61,369 nt of DNA, filler included, from Choristocarpus tenellus KU-1152 (GCA_964200185.2; 10 parts of 10 records of this genome joined end to end with filler, not necessarily neighbours in it); one strand, 5' to 3'. Shown: positions 13,200 through 26,969, numbered from the whole stretch's first letter. The notes: generated by a model not told the origin, from the sequence alone. Translations and numbers: made by a program.

Positions 13200-14280
13200 G
13201 CACGTTCGCTTAAATGACATGAAAATCACTATAGGGCCAAAATCGCCCTGAATGGACGCCTGCCTCACCCTCTAGGATACTATGGGCAATTTTATTCATA
13301 CGTTGTGCAGGAAACTCTTCTCTCAACATCAAAGTACTCACAACAACTAAAGGTATTGTCCGGAGACTCTTCCTATTTAACAAAAACGCAAGCATTGAAT
13401 GGTTGCATAATAATATAGAACAGGGTGTTCTCATAAAAAAGACTTATCCCTTGACGCAAATACTATCATTAACAAAACATGTCCTACCTTGATCTTCTTA
13501 CCAATGGACAAAAATCGGAAGATACAGATGGGAATTTTAATTCTAGAGTAGCTAAGAAAATACTTGTGTATATTTCGTCTTTACCGAAAGTCATACGTTG
13601 ATGCACAGAATTGCTACTGTTAAACCTCTAGGATTTACCAAGTTCCGCACAGAAAGCCCACCATATCGATCTTCTCTTCCAAAGAAGGTCAGTTGGAGAA
13701 TACTATCATTAAATGATTCCTTATCTCTTCAGCATGTAAAACAAAGGCTTAACTCACCAATTTTTTAGATAGGTGTATGGCACTAATAGCCATATATACT
13801 GGATGGGGTTTTACCCAGGCACCTTAAAATGGAATTGCTTACGGATGGTAATTCTTGTATTGCAAAAATCTGGGTGTTTTTGTTAAAATTTATTTCATCA
13901 GTAGTACCATTGGTAATTCTTATATATCAAAATAACTAGAATGAAAAACAATCAGACCATCGGGAGTATATTAAATGACTAATCTTTTACCACCTTTTAA
14001 AATTAAAACAACAGTTGAGCCAATATTTTTTTCATTGAAAGAGGAAAGAAAAGAGTGGTTAAAGCCATGGATTTATTGTGAGATTGAACGATCAAGATGC
14101 CCATTTCATGTGGGTCGTACAACTTTGCAAGATTACAAATAGTGCAATGATCCGACAAAGTGAGGAGCGAAGGGTAAGAAAGAAATTATACTTCATGAAA
14201 AACTCTGAGAAAAAGATGAACTGGTGCCTAATTCCACACACCCCTTCCTACACTCTCCCTAAACCTAACCCTAACCCTAC
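13200..14280 (+). mobile_element. Degenerate Penelope-like retroelement (RT + GIY-YIG)
   Basis: Motif remnants in PLE order across frameshifts: TPASP..ILF (~13255), RY.V.GD..FLF resembling RYVDD (~13350), MSYLDLL...DGNFNSRVAKK (13479), LIYQ...EYI resembling GIY-YIG (~13917-13975), EERRVRKKLYFMKN..MN (~14160). Many stops. Confidence 0.5.
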
Positions 14281-14489
14281 AGCATTGCATATCGAATTGT
14301 ATCTGTTGACAAATAGGACAAAAAAAACATGTTATAGAACTGGAATATCTAACATTCTTATTTCATGCATCGATTGGGAAACGGCCCAGTCCTTCAAAAC
14401 TAAATCTTGTCTAAGCCGGCTCGTGGCCTGGCCCAGTCCCACTACAACCTGTGCAATTCTTACTGCGATGGTTCAACCCTTTGAAATAT

Positions 14490-15650
14490 ATTATTAACTA
14501 GCCACCTTACGGCCCAGCGACGTCACGACTACCCAGTCCAATTTCAAGCCCTGCAAATTAATTTGGAGAGATTGTGCAATAAGGTGAATGCTGGGAAGGG
14601 GCAGGTCGCACAAAGACGGTTGGATTAAGATGCCTACACTCTCCCTAAAACTTGCGGTTTGGTCCTGATTTTCGGTCTGATCCAAGACTGGTTTGTGATT
14701 GCAATGTTGGCCGTGGGGTCTCAAATCCGAGTAACAACTGTCACGGACGTGCTGCTTGACCCCGCGTTGATGTGAGGGCCTATGAGTGAGAGAGAATTCC
14801 AGGTATGTAAAAGGATGTACAACCTTAAAGCAGTGATCAAAGTGAAAAAGAGGGCGAACAGACAATGAAGGTGCTTATGTGACCAAAGTGGAGCTGACTC
14901 TACTCAAATTCGGAACTCACAGAGAACAGAGACAATAACAGGCAAAACCTCCATGTATAGCTTCAAGGCCATCCCCCCATGAGAAGGTGGCCCTGGAGCT
15001 ATGGATTGTGGCCCTGGAGCTATGGATTGTGGCCCTGGCATCCCTGACGCCTTAGATACCACCACTCAATGCACAGGCTAATCCCACAAAGCTCGTACCC
15101 ACAAGAAAACAGTCGATGAGCTAGCTAAGGCCCCTAGCCACCTATTTTGAAGCATAGGCAAGCTCGGTAAAGACCTCCCTGTGCCATGAGAAAATTTGAC
15201 TACCCTGTTGGAATGTACAGTTAGGCCCCAAGTTAACGGACCTGATTGGGATAATGTAGTGGCCTCAATACCCGATAGTAAACGGCAAGAAGAGCAGTCA
15301 TGATTAGTTTGATCTTATTACTTTGATTATCCTTCTTTATGTTTGATCAATAACAATCATAGGCTGGCAAAAAGGGCGTGGGTGGTCTGACAGAGAACAG
15401 TCGTAATTTATGAAGTTAACAAGTTTGATGCATAACATCTAGGACTTCAAGTTCATGCTGGTGTTTATAAAACCGCTATCCAGAGCCATTGCCTGTAACA
15501 TGCCCCCCAGCGTGGAAGCATAAGTGTTTCCACTGGAAGAACAGTCAATTGTGCAAGGGAAGAAATGCACTTGTCCTACCGTGAACGCTGAAAATATGAA
15601 GTGAGTGCCACTTCCAGGTCCTAACTTATCAGTAGGTAGGGTTGGGTCCA
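14490..15650 (-). mobile_element. Possible degenerate DIRS-type RT/RNaseH/MT relic
   Basis: HQRGVKQHVRD resembles HIxGxxNxxAD, and LPSIHLIAQSLQ..WVVV resembles the PPFxLIxxxLxK methyltransferase-like motif. FQW lies near 15530. Weak and decayed. Confidence 0.3.
14987..15038 (+). repeat. 21-bp tandem repeat x2.5
   Basis: (gtggccctggagctatggatt)2 followed by gtggccctgg. Confidence 0.9.
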
Positions 15651-16129
15651 GTGGAGGAGGAAATTTGAAAGGAAAAACTCATTTCCAACCTTAGCCCTGG
15701 CAACAGATATGCTAGCGTAACACTTGCACCTCATCTCACTCGCTCTACATTTGACTTAGCGTTCAAGATAAACACTCAACAATACGTCCTTACGTATTCT
15801 AACACACTGAGTCAGGCAGCATTGCCTTACGACAACTGCATCACACCCGTGACGCTTGACACTTCTGTCCAATCAGAACACCCGAGCCTACCTCTCTCAT
15901 CTCAAACAACTTGGCTTCCTTTGATCCTCCAATCTCATCCATGCTAACTCAAGTATTAAGTCAAAGTGGTGTTTTTGTCTGATGTAATTTCCATTCACAT
16001 TCCATTTAGAAGAAAATAACAGCATTATTACAATAACATGCCGCACGAGTAGCGCGCAGCGCGCGATGATGCCTACCCCCTCATACTTATGATTATATCT
16101 CGCCAGTGTGACTTTCACCATCATAGCCA

Positions 16130-18712
16130 ATGGCGTTGGAGTTGTGGTTGATCCGACATGGCGAACGTGTGGATCAGGTCTCCGGCACTGAAGGGGATAG
16201 GTGGAGGCGATCTGCTGCTTGTCGAGAAAGGCGTTATGACCCTCCACTCACTCAAAAGGGCCGCAAACAGGCTCGCCAGGTTGGGGTGTTCCTTGAGAAG
16301 TACTGTGATGATGTCGACTTCAGTCGAATATATACTTCGCCGCTTCTCCGCGCCGTGGAGACCTCTATCTTCATATCTAGAGAGCTCGGTGGCGTCCCCA
16401 TACAGGTTTTGGTCGGGTTGTGTGAGTGCGCTTCTGCAATCAAAAGGCGTGGTTTGGAGGATACAACATTTATCTCGGATGAGGAGATACTACGTCGATA
16501 CCCCGGTGCAAATGTGGCGGGCAGAGATACTTTTGCACCAAAGACATTTACTGGGGTTTGCCAATGGCTGGTTTCGAAGCCAGAACTAAGAGTAAGAAAC
16601 GGGACAACCGCAATGATCTTCGCCTCAACCCCTGTTTTGTATTACGAATGTCTAAACCAAACAAATTTGTGCACCCCTTCTTCCTCATTTTAAAAAAATT
16701 ACAATAGCAATGTTAAGCGTATGTACCGTCCTGCAGATACCAGAAATTGTTGGAAATCATAGAGGTTTTGCTTTGCTAGGCGAGAATATGCTTCAACTGG
16801 GATTACTTTTCTCCAACTCAAGGGATCCCATCCAAATGATGTCTGGTCCATATGCCCTGTTTCCCCTGCTCTCAGGTCTTGGCAGTGGGACATAGTGAAG
16901 GCACACGAAAAATGGCTAAATTGAAACGCTTCAGCACACCATACTGCTGTATCGGACGGTTTTCTGTGAAATCTGTGATAGGTGATACGAACAACAGAGA
17001 AGTGCAGCCTGTACGAACCCTATCGTACCACCTCCTACAACTGCTTTCATCGACAGGTCGCCCACTGTACGCTCCAGCAGAGTGCTCTTTGCCAGAGGAA
17101 AATGCGATAGAGAAGGTTGGAGGCTCAGAGAACAATCTACCGCTCCCAGTGGTCTGTAGTAATATTTCAGTGGGATTAGCCTGCCCCACCCTGATCACAG
17201 CACAAGACGATAACCTGGGAAAAGTTGTTGAGAGTGATAATGAAAGTAGGTTACATGAAGGGTATACCTGCATGAACAACTCTAAACACGAAAGCCAGGA
17301 AAATGACAGCTATAATCAAAGAGGCACGGATGGATTCAGAAGGACCAGCACCAAAGAAGTAACTTGCGTCTCTGGAGCTGCGTTAGTAGAAGTTGTCGAA
17401 GGTGCTGAACTTTCGGATGAACCTGACCAGAGTTTTAGAAATGTTGGGTCAGCTTCAATTCTGGTCGAAAATATGCAACCGTCAAGGGAGAGTTTCCATG
17501 AATGCTCACAAACTTTAAATTTGGACAATGCTGACCTTAAAGGGCAGCCAGCTCGTGGCTCGGTCCCCCTCGTACGGCGACATGTGCTCCAAAGGGCATC
17601 CAGCCGAAGGACTGGTGGTGGTTGCAGCAGTGACGTTGAAGGTGTGTGGACTTGCCTTACCCAATCAGGGAAATGGCATTCTTGCCACAGTGATGAAACA
17701 CTGTTTGTAGGACTTTGCAAGCTGCCATGGGATGTCCTATGTGGAACAAGTCAGGGAATCCTCTATTACCTTTTCCCGCGAGAGCTTTGCCATGTAAGAT
17801 ATTGTAGATTTTGAGAGTATTACACTGTGGGCATGTATTACTGCACCCTTGACGCTGGTGATATTGTAGCTGTAGCATGATGAATTTTTTGCAATGTTGT
17901 CAAGTGCCGTTGTTTGGAGTTGCTTGTCCGAAGACATTTATGCCTCTTGGCAACTCTTTTCTGTCAAATGTGTTTACAAGAGTATATGCAGGTCATGACA
18001 CAAATGCCAATATTCCCACACATTTGAACATTTTTTTCCCACTTCCTGCTTTGATTGCAGGTGAGTTCAGTGTCCAAGAGGATGGGTAATGCAGCTCAAG
18101 AAGACAGTTTGTGGAAAGTTATCTTCTTACGACTCCCGGAGATGACCCGAAGAAATGTAACCCAAAGGAAGGATGAGGCAACACTTTGCAAAAACAGAAG
18201 CAATGGCTTGGAAAAATGCAAGGTGGATTGTAAGTGTGAGACCACAACAAAGTACAAGACACTCTTCAAGGATGCCATAGCCATTGTGGGTGCAAATCGC
18301 TCCCAGAGAGTGGTTGACACAATAGACCTAGCGATGCATCTCAAGGGAATCGTTCATGGTCTCCGAGGGGCCCTCAAGGCTCTTGGAGCAAGGCTATCAG
18401 TAGAAATCAATGGCAGTCTCAAGGGAAGAGCTGTAATTTTTTCAAAGCCCCGGACTGAGATATGGGCAGGGTTACCAAACCTTCTTTCCACTCCTGGAAC
18501 CAGGGCAGATGTGCGCACATTTACACTCAGTAGCTCAATTAAGGTTGCACTGCCATTAGAGGGGGTGGGCAACAAGGTGATGTCAGTTTCAGACCTTCAC
18601 TCTCTATGTGTGGTTGTATCTCTGTCTCCTAAGCTCAGGCCCCCACAAGGGGGTAGTAGGGGGGTGACACTGCTGAGGCTTGACTTGGATGCAGCTGTCT
18701 CATCAATGGATG
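16130..18712 (+). CDS. Histidine phosphatase (branch 1) paralogue extended into an F-box domain; exons 16130-16591, 16876-17793, 18061->gap
   Basis: RHGERVD, YDPPLT, TSPLLRAVET and HSEG, with the same intron position as 11474-12439. The frame stays open into LPWDVL..ILYYLFPRELCH|VSSVSKRMGNAAQEDSLWK (F-box consensus) across a phase-0 intron. Confidence 0.8.
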
Positions 18713-19696
18713 NNNNNNNNNNNNNNNNNNNNNNNNNNNNNNNNNNNNNNNNNNNNTTAATTAATTAANNNNNNNNNNNNNNNNNNNNNNNNNNNNNNNN
18801 NNNNNNNNNNNNACACAAAGCAAAATACTCTACTTGAGTAGTTCTCTTTTGCATAGTATCTCACTCTCTTCTCAACTGTGGTACAAGTTAATAAACAATA
18901 ATATAACTAGTTGTGTGGGACAACAGATCGTCAAGGACAACTTAACAGTCCAACTTGTGTTCACAACCACAACTCATTCGGGGGGAGGGATTCAACCTTA
19001 AATACTCGTATTGGGGAACCATTTGCACATGCTTCACAGATAGTGGTGCGGTAAGGACAAATGATTGAACATGTTTCGTAGATAGGGGAGCGGTATGACA
19101 AATAATCTGTATCTTTTTGCACGTGGAGTGAGTGGTACCGACAAGTGATCTGTATGGATCGGCACGGACACTGCAAAAGTTGTTCAAGTTGAAAGGTAAA
19201 GATTACCCCAACACATTTCGAAGATGAGGCAACGAAATATCGCGAACGTCATGTCGCCCAGTACATTACGAGACTTGCAACCACGTAATAAAAGTACTAC
19301 TATCACAGAAAAAAACCCTCAAGATTCTGTTCGACAATCCCTGCGTGAAGATGATGTATCACACGAGTATGTTTACGTTGACATATTAAATTAGGAGTGT
19401 ATACACCAGCATCGATGTTTGATCGCTACACTCGACTGATCTACAAGGACAAAGGGTGGTGCGATGCCTGACCACCCATTCCACACGTACATATTGATCC
19501 ATTTACTCTCGTATATGTACCACTGGAACACAGAATAGAGTAATAATACAGATGGGATGACAAGACGTATCAATGATATACTTCACTATCACTCAATGCC
19601 AATAGTGTTTTACTGTTACAGGCCTGGTGAGCTACTCACAAACTGTATTTTGATATACCTCCTTATCACTCAATACCACTAGTGTTTTGCTGTTAC

Positions 19697-19851
19697 ATAC
19701 TTGGTTAGCTAATAAATAAACTGTATTTGCAGCTTCTTCACCACCTGTGGTATCTATGTGTACTAAACAAACTGTATTTACAACTTCACCTGTGGTGTCC
19801 ATGTGTACTAAACAAACTGCATTTACAGCTTCACCTATGGTGTCCATGTGT
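19697..19851 (+). repeat. ~42-48-bp tandem repeat x3
   Basis: Units of aaactg(t/c)attt(a/g)ca(g/a)cttcacct(g/a)tggt(g/a)tc(c/t)atgtgtactaaac. Confidence 0.85.
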
Positions 19852-21099
19852 GCCTCAGCACCTATTTCGAAGAGATTCTACTTATAAATTATTTGTACAT
19901 CGTCACCACTCCTTAAACCTTAACGTACAAACATTTTTACATATTTTTGTCTACTGATTTGTGAAACACAAATGAGTTCAATCGTGATTTGTCCGATGTG
20001 TGAAAGGGTTCATGTAAACAAAAATCTTGAACAGCGACTACACAGTTGTACTATTATATTATGTCTTAATTGTAATAGTAATGTGCAGCAGACAGTACCT
20101 GATCATTACCAAACACGCTTTACATGTGCCCCAGGCACAGAGCCTATCGAGAGGGATTCATTCGTCCAAAAAACACCCAACATTCAGCAAACAAAAATTA
20201 AAAGCTCAAGCAAATATCAGAGGGAAGCAGAAGAACATGTATAGGGAGGTCAGAATCGACTCCAGAAAAGGGCATCTTATTCATAGACTACAGCAGCAGC
20301 AGTAACTACAACAGTGAAAAGTCACCATTACCCACATCAAGAAGAGGGAGATATGCCCACGATCTAGCCGTAGTTATTGAGCATTGGATTAATCATATCT
20401 GACGTCCAATTAACAGACTCAGCAAGAACTTAGGAAATTTATGTTAGTGGCTGTCGAAAGTACTTGCAGGGTGCCCCAAGACTTCAGTACTGTAGATGTT
20501 AAACATATCGGTCGATTGCTGGGCATGGTCATCCGATAATAGTGAGCGGTACATGCTCCAGTGACAAGGTGCAAAATGCGCATTTGGAGGGTGTCTCCTT
20601 CAACGTATTGGTTTATAGATTCTGTGCCCTTGCAGTACTCCTTGTGTTACATAGTCGGTATTGTTGGGGTGCTTCTTGGTGTGATGCCAACTGTGTCTCT
20701 GAATTTGTGCTGATCAAAAGTGTCCTTTGTGTGGTTCATTCCACAAAAAAAGCACAGTTGATAGTTTACCCGATAATGTGCATGGACAGAAACAACCGAA
20801 TGAACACGGAGAAATGGTGTGAGGTGAAGATCAACGTACAAGCGTGTCCCTTTAGCGTAAGGGCGACTCACTCTGATTGCCACGACACTATTGATATTTA
20901 ATAGGCTTCTTTCTTTTTCTTTTTTGGCTGGCCTTACCTCTTCAACAGCACTGTACCCAGTGTTTCCCAACTCCTGCCTCCCCTCCCTTTCCTCTCATTC
21001 ACCTTTTTTGCATGTGTATCCCGTATGGTTGCCTCTTTACTTCTACTGTGACCATGGTGTGAGGCAATCTGCAGGTGAAAGAGAGGTTTAAAATGCACA

Positions 21100-24000
21100 A
21101 AAAGAAGGAAGAAGAGCGCTTATCTGGGGCATCACAGAAGCTTTCGGCAATTGATGACTTTGATGAACGAGTGAGGGAGCAGGAGGTGAGTGATGTAGGA
21201 CACCATATCTTGGATTTCCTACTTTTTTGAACATAATTATAGTGTGTAGGGGGTTCAACCCCACGAAATAATGCAGAGATATGCCTCAAATTGGACACAT
21301 ACGCTAAGCCAAGGATGGTTAGGACCTGGTTTCTAGCTGCAGACATTAGCATCTCCCTCCAAAAGCAACCCCTCTGCGTGTCTCTTGTTGATGCACCAAA
21401 GATGGTGGATGTAGATTCTGTTCGTACAATTGTTCTGCGTGACACGGCAAACAGGATGGCGATGGGGCAGGATGATATCCCAGTCCAATCCCTTGAGGTA
21501 GGACTCCATGAGGTAACTATGCTACAGGATTCCCACCAAATGGTGTTTGTTGTACAGCACTCGTAGGAGGCTTACAGAGGTGGAAGGAACGTTGTCATCA
21601 AGGTGCTCTACAAAAGGATGGCATGAAATATGGCAACTTCAGGAGGATGCCATTGGTGGCATATGCTGGTAGAGTGGTGCTCAAAGTTCTGACGTGATGG
21701 ATGCTGAGAGTTTACTTCGAGTGGGAGAACATACTCCATTACTCAGCAATAATGCGGGTTTTGGCCTCGACATCCTTCTGTGAACGTGATATTTGATCTG
21801 CATGCCTTGCAGGGGTTCGGATAGAGAAGCTGGTATGATTCTTTGTTCAGGTATTTTCTTGACCTGCAGAAGGCATATACTCGGTCAATTAACAACAACC
21901 TCCAGGTGCAGGGAGGCTCAAGATGAAGATGACCTTTGCAGGGATTGAAACTGCTGAAGGATCGGGACAATTTTCAGGCACTCGGCTGGCGACTACAACT
22001 TTCTTTGATTCTGTGGCATGTCCTTGTCACTCTCAACTGAGACCTACAGGTTTATGCTGGGTTCTCTGATAATGCCAAGGTGTGTCCCTCTACAGGCTTG
22101 TGCGTAGAGATTGATAGATTAAAAAGGCAGACCTCCTAGACAGAGAAATGAAAGGCTAGGAACGCGCTAACCACTTACCCACTCAATTGGTGTGTGTGTG
22201 ATAGTGGGAGAAGTCTTGGTGGAGATAGCTGCATGGCCGAATGACTTTGGGGCAGTAGATTGCGAGCCCTCTACCTTTGAACTTCTTGCCACCATTTTGG
22301 GGTTTCAGTTGCCACAGGATGTACATACTGGTGGAGAGGAATGAACTAGATCCTGTAGTGCTGGAAGTCTGCTCTGGTGTGTGAAGTTGCATGCCTTTGC
22401 CATTTGTGGACTGGGCACACTCCTTGACAACCACATTTTGCTTGGGAGTGGGACTTAAACGATTTCTCACTGGTCATACAACTTTCCATCCTCATTCCCC
22501 GACCTGAAACGAAAGATCTGGTAGGCAAACTCCTTTGCTGTCTGAAAGAGAGAATCAGACGATGGCAATCTCGTGGTGGTCTTCATGTCTTATCTCCAAG
22601 ACAGGGCGATCAGACTCGTGCTGCTGAAGGCGCTTTCTGGAGAAATTGGAATGACCCTCGATGTGCATGAGCCCACTGATCTCACCCATCTCCGCACAAT
22701 AAATAGCAGGAGGGGTCTTGAATGGGTTCAATTGTTTCGATCCCAGAGCCACAGGATTTAGGTTAAACTTGTAGGGTACTGAAGTGAGGGTTCTGTTTAA
22801 AACTACTTTGAAGTACTCAAAGGTATTACGACCCTAAGCCTTGATAAGGTTTGTTACGAGTATCCCTCCTTAATCACTGGTGCCGATATGGGGCATCTAC
22901 CGCCACATGTCTCCGATTATGAAGTCCAAGAGGATTGCATGGGGAGAAAGATGGTAGTGATGCTGTGAGGGATACTATCTTTGGATGTCCTTGCCCTTTA
23001 CATGACAGGGGTAACTGTGAGCTGTGGATGGAAGTCCATATTTCAAGCACTGAGATACCACTGTTTGACAGGATATGTCACATCCTGCCCATGTATGGGA
23101 ATGGCTGGAAAGAGGAGGAAGCACCTACAGTGCAGTCATGAGTGAGAGGATTGACTGGATCAGGACTATGTAGGGACTGCATCGGTTTGTATGCATCACA
23201 TTCAGTGTGAGGTTGGAGTCAAGTTCTTGAGAGATACCTGTGATGAGTGTTTGGGATGGAGTTGAAGCTGTGCGATAAATGCAAACCCATAAATGCTCTT
23301 CGTTTTCAATTCAACCTGCCATTGCCACATCCCTTCACCAAGAATGCCTTGACAATGTGACGCACCCCACATAAGACACACACAGTTTCGGTAGTACCGC
23401 CATGGTCGTAGGGACACAATGGTTTGGCTATCCATCCATTTGAGGGCAATGGTTTTTTTGAACCACACATATTTGCTAGTGTAATGGTTTGTATCAGCCC
23501 TGCCAGTGCTTGCTATGCCGTCCTTTCATGTATTTGGACAATCTTAAGATACTAAGGTCAAACGTTCACCCCTGATCAGACATGAGTGCACCGGTTGTGA
23601 AGTCTCATGATGCCCTCCCTGTGTGGTAGCTAAAAATCTTGTACAGGAAAGACGCACCTCAAAAAGATATGAATTAAAAAACGGCTATTGAGTGGAGACT
23701 ATGCAATGTTTGCAGTGTTTTGCCACATTAGAAGGAGCAGTGGACAACGTCCACAATTTCTCCTCAATTACAATGTCAGCGATAAACCACAAGCTCCCCC
23801 TGTCGGTAGCCCATAATCAGTACTACTTCGTATGGTACGATAAATAGTGACAGTGAGGGAGGACCGCATCTTCAAGCTACTTGAAGTACGACTATGTTGC
23901 ACAGTCATGTCGTTTCCCAAGGAGAGTTGCTGCTCCCATCAACTCTACATATACTGACAGAACACTCAATATTATGGGACACATGGATTGTTTCAAGTGA

Positions 24001-24166
24001 GGACAAAACAAACAATTCTACATTGCTGAAGTGTAGTACTTCAGCACCCAAGGTGAAGCTATTGATGATGACACACTCCAGAGAAAGTGCACCATTAACC
24101 AAAGGTTCAAAGGAAGTAGAGACACATCAGCGCATCCCATAACCAACAGATTACATCTTTTCAACA
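21100..24166 (+). mobile_element. Highly decayed LTR retrotransposon, probably Copia, with possible 3' LTR at 23895-24166
   Basis: Remnants HPHSPT*NER (integrase PxQNGxAER-like, ~22490) and QDYVGTASV (RT GxDYxET-like, ~23160). A TGTTG...CAACA-bounded block follows a purine tract. Confidence 0.35.
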
Positions 24167-24627
24167 CCTGAGACAAGGCTAGCCCGCCCTCCGCTTCACT
24201 CAAGAGTCTGAAGCAGTTTTGAATTATCAAGTTTTGGCTACTGTGATCTTCCTACTGTGCATGCCACCATCACCCACATGACAATCTCTGTCACCCTTGC
24301 CCAGACGGAGCTGATGTAGCCTCTCTAACTTCGTCTTGCTCCATGAAGTGATGGGTTACAATTTCCTTTGAACGCTGTGCTTCACCACCCTGGATGTGGA
24401 ATCAAGACCAAGTCCACGAGAGACAATTGCAAGGGGCCAAGAGAAGTCATAAGTCTTGAGGTCTGTCGACATTGCTGCCTTGCAAACCGCACTATTATTG
24501 CTTCATTGGACATGACATATACACAGAGCTCTCTCTCTCTCTCTCTCTCTCTCCATTTTTATTTGCTTCTGTAGGATGATGGAGGAGCAGAGTACATCAT
24601 TCCCGTGTATGATCACACACTTAATAT

Positions 24628-24862
24628 TCAACAGTAATGCAATTGTACCTCCTTCAATCTCGCACCCATCTCCCAATATGTCTGACTTGCCTTGCTACGT
24701 CGGGTGACATGGTGGTAAAGGTACACAAGAGAGTGGGGTGTGATGCCCTGCAGCTGCGCAGCTGCAGCAAAGGTCTCTGGGCGAACAGCGTTCAGCTTTT
24801 CCAGCTCCTCATTGGACATGGATGGGAGATTCTCAATGGTGTACTCAATGTCAGGAGGTATC
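24628..24862 (-). CDS. MTO1: Terminal exon of tRNA U34 carboxymethylaminomethyl modification enzyme MnmG/GidA (MTO1-like)
   Basis: IPPDIEYTIENLPSMSNEELEKLNAVRPETFAAAAQLQGITPHSLVYL is the GidA C-terminal helical domain. An AG acceptor lies at 24864-24863. Confidence 0.85.
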
Positions 24863-26792
24863 CTTTTAATGACAATAAAGGCAGGTACACCAACGGCAGC
24901 ACAAGGTGCAACAAGGAGGGGATATCAAATCGCTGGGCCTACCTATCAGACAGACAAGTCGTAAGATTGATTGGGGGCATGTGTGTGCTTTTCTTCAAAT
25001 ATTGTTCTATTTCTGCCACCTTTGACACCCTCTCAACTCCTACGCTATGATAATAGCATGAAGGGTCCAACTTCATCATGAATGAGTGTTGATGTGGTAT
25101 CAATTCCATAGCTGAAGAGTATCAACAAACAAAAAACACAATATCCGGACTTGGTCTGGTCCTAATCTCTAGGTCTGACCCCTCCATGGTCATGGGCAGC
25201 AAGAGCAAGTAAGGAGTGCACAATGAAAATAAACCTGGCTCCTCTCTTGTGCAAGTCACAAACTACTCGAGGGAATTCCAGATTCCACCAACTGAAATCG
25301 GAGGTGAACAGAGGGATACGATGTTATGGAATTTAATGTTAACAACATCAGTTCAGAGTATTTAATGTATGCTGTCAAAAGCTTCTTGTGCAGTAAGACA
25401 TCACCGCCCACTGAAAGGCATCCATCCATCCACATTAAACACAAGGAGAATGTTGATACTCCTCACTATAGCAGGTCTTCCAAGAACGTAACCTAGAGTT
25501 AAAAGCAACTGGCACAAACATTGCAGGGAATGAGAAGGCAATTGAATCCCCCCCCCCCCACCTGCCCGCCCCCCCATACTGCTAGCATACACTTCCCCAA
25601 TGAAACCCGGTCATGCAACNNNNNNNNNNNNNNNNNNNNNNNNNNNNNNNNNNNNNNNNNNNNTTAATTAATTAANNNNNNNNNNNNNNNNNNNNNNNNN
25701 NNNNNNNNNNNNNNNNNNNGTGTCTGCATTTCCTAATCTACTCCACCGATGGTGTCTATAGTGTACCAGCAGCACTATCTACGAACATAAGACACCAAGC
25801 TCACTCTGCTTTAAGGGTACACCTGATGCACACCTGGATGCCATAAATTCAGAGTTAAAACATCCACAGAAACACTTGTTCGCCAAGGTAACAAGCCTCT
25901 TCTTAGAGCATATGTTCTTTCCTTTGAGTGCACCAAGGAAGAGCATCGAATACACGTCATCCATCGTCTGACTGAGCATGCCATGACTTCAGTTGCAACA
26001 TAATAATTGCACTGGTGCTTTGCAGAACTATGACATCCCTTCATCACAAGCCAATCATTCCACACGAAAGCAAACTTCATTCAATTCAGGTTTCAACAGG
26101 AAGTGTGTGCCATGTTACAGATTATCTGGTCTACAGTTGGTTGGAGCTCTTGCGTGAAGAACTCGCCAGGAACCCCTTGGAAGATTTTCACGAGCCCCAT
26201 CAGCAAGTATTTTGATCTCGCACATCTAGTTTGTGCTTTCGTTTGGCCACCCGCATGTATCTCCCACAGTCCCAAACCTTAGCAAGTCTTGCACCTTCCC
26301 CAGTTCACCATGCCAGACCTCATACACGGAGAAATCCAATCCTCATTGGGCCGAGTGACACACATATTGCTCAGATCACAAGCACGATTCTGAGCTTCAG
26401 TCTACAAATTGAGTCGGCCTTGCAGTCCTGCACAAACCACCATCGCCATTGCTTTCTCAGCAATCAGACTCAACGCCCGTTCTGCTACACCACTATACTC
26501 TGGGGTAAAAGCACCAGTATACTCCAGACAACCTATGTCTTGCTTCCTCATTACTGCTTGGAAAACTACACTCACGAATTCTCCTCCCTCATCACTCCGA
26601 ACATAGCCAATCTGCATTCTTCTTGGTGCAGCTATGTCTGGGATGAAACCCGTCAGTGTATCTGCGGTAACATCCTTTTTGGCCAGGAATTGCATCCATT
26701 TCACATCTTGGTGCAGTCGTCGACAAAGATAATGGAATAATAGCAACTCCCAAGGCTCTGCACCGGCTTAGGTCCAGTCAAATCAGTTATTA

Positions 26793-26969
26793 GGCTCAAA
26801 GTATCTGGGAGGGGGGGAGTCTACACTAGGGTGTCCATTCGGGCCTTAACCACGAGAAGTGCACTTACATTACCCATCCGATGCATGCAGCCAAATCACA
26901 CAAAAATTGCGACATGGAAATTAGGGCCCTGAATGGACAGTCACCTCCCCCCTCAATATACTTTGAGCC
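26793..26969 (+). mobile_element. Family B MITE inserted in Copia integrase
   Basis: TIRs ggctcaaagtatctgggagggggg / cctccccctcaatatactttgagcc. Confidence 0.85.

Noticed and set aside
19697-19851. CRISPR array
   Set aside because: The units abut with no unique spacers, the context is eukaryotic, and there are no cas genes.
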